In this document: positions 60,740 to 64,000 of the stretch, piece after piece
Numbering within the stretch: the stretch's first letter is position 1
Layout: each line of letters opens with the position of its first letter
Assembly: GCA_013239625.1 (NCBI GenBank)
Contig: MU057202.1
Coordinates: 3,299,101 to 3,363,100 of the forward strand
DNA from: Lama guanicoe
Taxonomy: Eukaryota
Direction of reading: 5' to 3'
Length of the DNA: 64,000 bases
Notes under the pieces: generated by a model
Database searches by the model: none
Told to the model about the DNA's origin: nothing
The model's input: the letters and a program-made list of their open reading frames with translations, nothing else
Position numbers and translations under genes: made by a program

Positions 60740-61050
60740 GTGGCTCTGCCGGCTGGCCTGCGTAGTGCGGACGATACTCCCATAGCAGTATTAGTTCTTC
60801 CAGGTCATGAGCGTGGAATATCTTTCCTTTTCCTGTGTCTTCAGTTTCATCAGCGTCTTACAATTTTCAGTGTACTGGTCTTTCACCACTTTGGAAATTT
60901 ATTCCTAAGCCATTGATTATTTTTGTTATAAATAGGATTGTTTTATTTCTTTTTCAGATAACTTGTTGTTAGTGTCTAAAAACACAGCTGGTCTCTATGC
61001 TGACTTTGTATCCTGCAGTTGTGCTGGGCACGTTTGTTAGTTCTGACGAA
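60740..61050 (-). mobile_element. Old L1 fragment
   Basis: gtattagttcttcc..catgagcgtggaatatctttcc; aattttcagtgtac..gtctttcacc; aaatttattcctaag; ctgactttgtatcctgca. Confidence 0.7.
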
Positions 61051-62830
61051 ACCAGGCTCTCATCCCTAATTGTCCTTTTCGTCTGACAGGCTCCTGTCCC
61101 GTGTGCCGTTGTGTTTCTGAGAGTGAAAGTCAGGACTGCAGGCTTCCGTTTTAGTTTGTGGTCAGCACCAGTGTTGACTCTCTGTCCTCTGGATGGCAGT
61201 GAAATGACCTCGCTGAAGTTGCTATATTTTTTCCTAGCACTGGGCAAAGTGAAACTCTTAGTTCAGTTTTTAAAAGATTATTTCGATGAGTCTTTTTATT
61301 TTATAGTAGTCACTCTTTAAGTTATCTTGAAATTATACATTCATTTGAGTGGATTTTGATCTGGTCTGGTCCCTTTGAAGACCCTTTTTGATAGAAGCCC
61401 TTTCCCCTAAGATACACCTTCTCTCCAGTTAGGCTCAGTCCTGGGGGCGCACTGCCAGGGGGAAGAGACTCAGTGCCTTTCTGTTCACACCCGCCAGCCA
61501 CACTGCCTCCTCACTGCTCACGGGCTGTGTGTCCCTGTGTGGGCCCCAGCCTTTGCTCTGCCATTCCCTCTGCCTCCAGGGCTGTCTCGCTGCTCAGAGA
61601 GGTTCCCACACTCCTTTGTCACCGCTCTCATCATCCCCAGCCCCCTGGTGTTCACTTGTCCGTCCTCATCTTTTTCCCTTGTAGAATCGAATCCCCCGCC
61701 CTGAGGGCGTTCATGAGCATTTGACAGATGCCGTCAGTGAGTTTTGGCTTTAGTGGCAGCCTGCATTTTTACCTCAGGTGACATAAATGGGTGCTCTGCT
61801 TTCCAGAGTCATGAACTGGCTCTGTTTCCATGTGTATCCAGATGCCTAGTCGGACAGGTGACAGCTTATATGTCCCTGCGGGTAAACGCGTGGATTTCTG
61901 AGTCACATCAGCACGTCCACTTCGGTGGTTTTGGGATTTATAAGCATGCTTACTCTGGCTGCAGACCCCCTTCTGTCCACAAGTGTGTTTTTAGAGACTG
62001 ATGGAGGATAGGCTAGCTGTGTCTCTGTGTGTCACCGCAAATCCTCCCCAACTTTCGAGGGATCACATCCCAATAAACCTATCGTACATGGAAAATGCAT
62101 CTAATACACTTAAGGTACTGGGCATCATCAGGTGTGGAGCCTCTCGTGCAATTTGCTGAATACTGTACTGAAGGTGCAAGACAGTGGTTGTCTGGGTCCA
62201 GAAGGATTGTTAAGCGTACTGGTTGTTTGCCCTCCTGGTCACATGGCTGGCAGGCGCTATAGCTCACTGCCCAGGAAAGGACAAAATTCGAAAAACGGCT
62301 TCTGCTTAATGCATGTGACTTTTCCACCATCATAAAGTCAAAAACTCAGACTTGCGCCAGCGTAAGCCAGGCACCAGTCTGTCTCATGGGACGGAGGCCT
62401 GTGTTCACAGTTCCAGGGCTGCCTGGCCTCTCTAGAGGGAAGTACATACAAATTCCAATGGAGGGTTTTCTTCAAGGCCGTGGCATGTCTTGGCTCGGCC
62501 CCCTAAGCTGCAGATCACTGTGTCTGCACAACCACAGATCTTCAAGTGAAGGAGAGTCACTGAGAACGTGGCTGCACTTGCAGGCCAGGGCTCCGGAAGC
62601 TCAACTTCCTGCGTTCTTCCTAAAATCGGGTGCAGCTTTGCTCACCACACCGGGCCGTCTGCTCCGCCGGCCACTGGCCTGGTTTGTCTCCTATGCGCCT
62701 CTATCCCCGGCACCTCATGCCGTCAGCAGAGAGGAGCTCTCGTCCCTCAGTCTGGGTTCAGCCTGTCTTGCTGGTCTCGAGAGTCTTGCAGTCCATGTGC
62801 TGTCCTGGCTGGAACCCCACCACCCGCCCC

Positions 62831-62930
62831 NNNNNNNNNNNNNNNNNNNNNNNNNNNNNNNNNNNNNNNNNNNNNNNNNNNNNNNNNNNNNNNNNNNNNN
62901 NNNNNNNNNNNNNNNNNNNNNNNNNNNNNN
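62831..62930. other. Assembly gap (100 N)
   Basis: Run of exactly 100 n; true size unknown. Confidence 0.99.
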
Positions 62931-64000
62931 CCAGCGCCAGCCTGTAGGGTCAGGTCTTGCCAGGGCAGAGCTTCCAGCAGGGCCTCCTGCCTCCTTCCCT
63001 CTGACCAGCAGAGCTGGTGTGACCATTTCTGCAGGAGGCGGCTCACTCCCCGCAGTGCTCCCTTTATACCGTCGCCCTTTTATAGTGGAGTTTGTTTACT
63101 TAGCCTTTGACGGGTTGGGATTTTTTCGTCAGCAGCCTGACGGAGAGAACGCTCACCTGAAGTAAGAGATGGGCTTAACTGCGTCCGGAAGGAGCCACCG
63201 GGGAGACCTCTGTCTGCCATCGGTCTATGAGCGCCCTGCCGGAAACAGCACTTGCAGGGTCCAGCGGACGTGCTGGGAGTGGGCGTGCAGGTGGTCCCCC
63301 GCGTCATCCGCAGTTAGCAAGAGCTCCTGAAACACGCCTTTTCCCCGGGAGAGGGTGAGGGAGGCGCAGCGGGCAGCATGGTGGCGCTGGCTGCGCGGTG
63401 CAGGTGGGACAGCAGGTGCCCCCCACCTCGCGCTCTCACCTGCCGCGCTGGGCGCGCTCGGGCCGGTAGTAGGTGGAATGTCAGCTCCTCCCTACACCTC
63501 AGGGCTAGGTGCCGTGCTTCTGTAGGAACTACATCACTCCCTGGTCCAGGTTTTCCTTTCGTAATTACGCCTTTTGAGACATTTTGCCTGCTCCTAGATC
63601 TGGGCTATTTTTAGGCTAGAGTCGAACCTTTCAGCCAGTTCTGTAGAGGAATGCTTCTGCGTCATAGGGGGAATTCCCTCTTGTCTTTACAGCCAGGCCA
63701 GTGGGTGTGCGTTCCCGGGTGGAGCTGGGGCAGTGATCAGGCTGTTCCTCAGCGCAGGCAAATGAACCTCATTCCAGATATAAATAGTAAGTGGGGCCTT
63801 TCTGCAGGAATTGTCCAGACTGCCTGTTATCTTTAAAGCTGCTTACTAAGCGTTCAGAGGTAGTGTGAGGTTCGGTGCCTCTTGGGGTTGGTCCAGCAGA
63901 CTTCTCACCTCCTTGGAGATTAGCTGACCCTCCTAAGGGAGCACTTGCTTCCCATTTCCTCACCCTCGTCCAAGCCTGGCCTTTGCCCGGCGTCTCAGGG

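Noticed and set aside
62386-63165. ORFs spanning the N run
   Set aside because: Artificially extended through the assembly gap.

Overview
GC-rich mammalian genomic DNA, very likely a camelid (three Vic-1-like tRNA-derived SINEs), covering the syntenic block ZFPM1 - TRHR2 - ZC3H18. It contains: (1) the last four coding exons of ZFPM1/FOG1 (+, all nine zinc fingers, PIDLS motif, polyA signal), with an apparent frameshift in the GC-rich last exon; (2) a ~5 kb decayed gammaretrovirus-like provirus (ERV-Fc/HERV-H-F-like gag-pro-pol, no clear env TM or 3' LTR); (3) an intron-containing, heavily disabled TRHR2 (thyrotropin-releasing hormone receptor 2) pseudogene on the minus strand; (4) a degenerate ~113-bp tandem array interrupted by an L1 3' end and a solo LTR, just upstream of the ZC3H18 CpG-island promoter; (5) ZC3H18 exon 1 plus seven coding exons (+), continuing beyond the window; old L1/MIR/MLT/DNA-transposon fragments; and a 100-N gap. 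I found no convincing wholly new biological system. The most notable signals are the TRHR2 gene-loss fossil, the ERV next to it, the promoter-proximal nested array and the ZFPM1 frameshift. Gene and repeat-family names come from recalled sequences, not database searches. Most ORFs in the track are GC-content artefacts.
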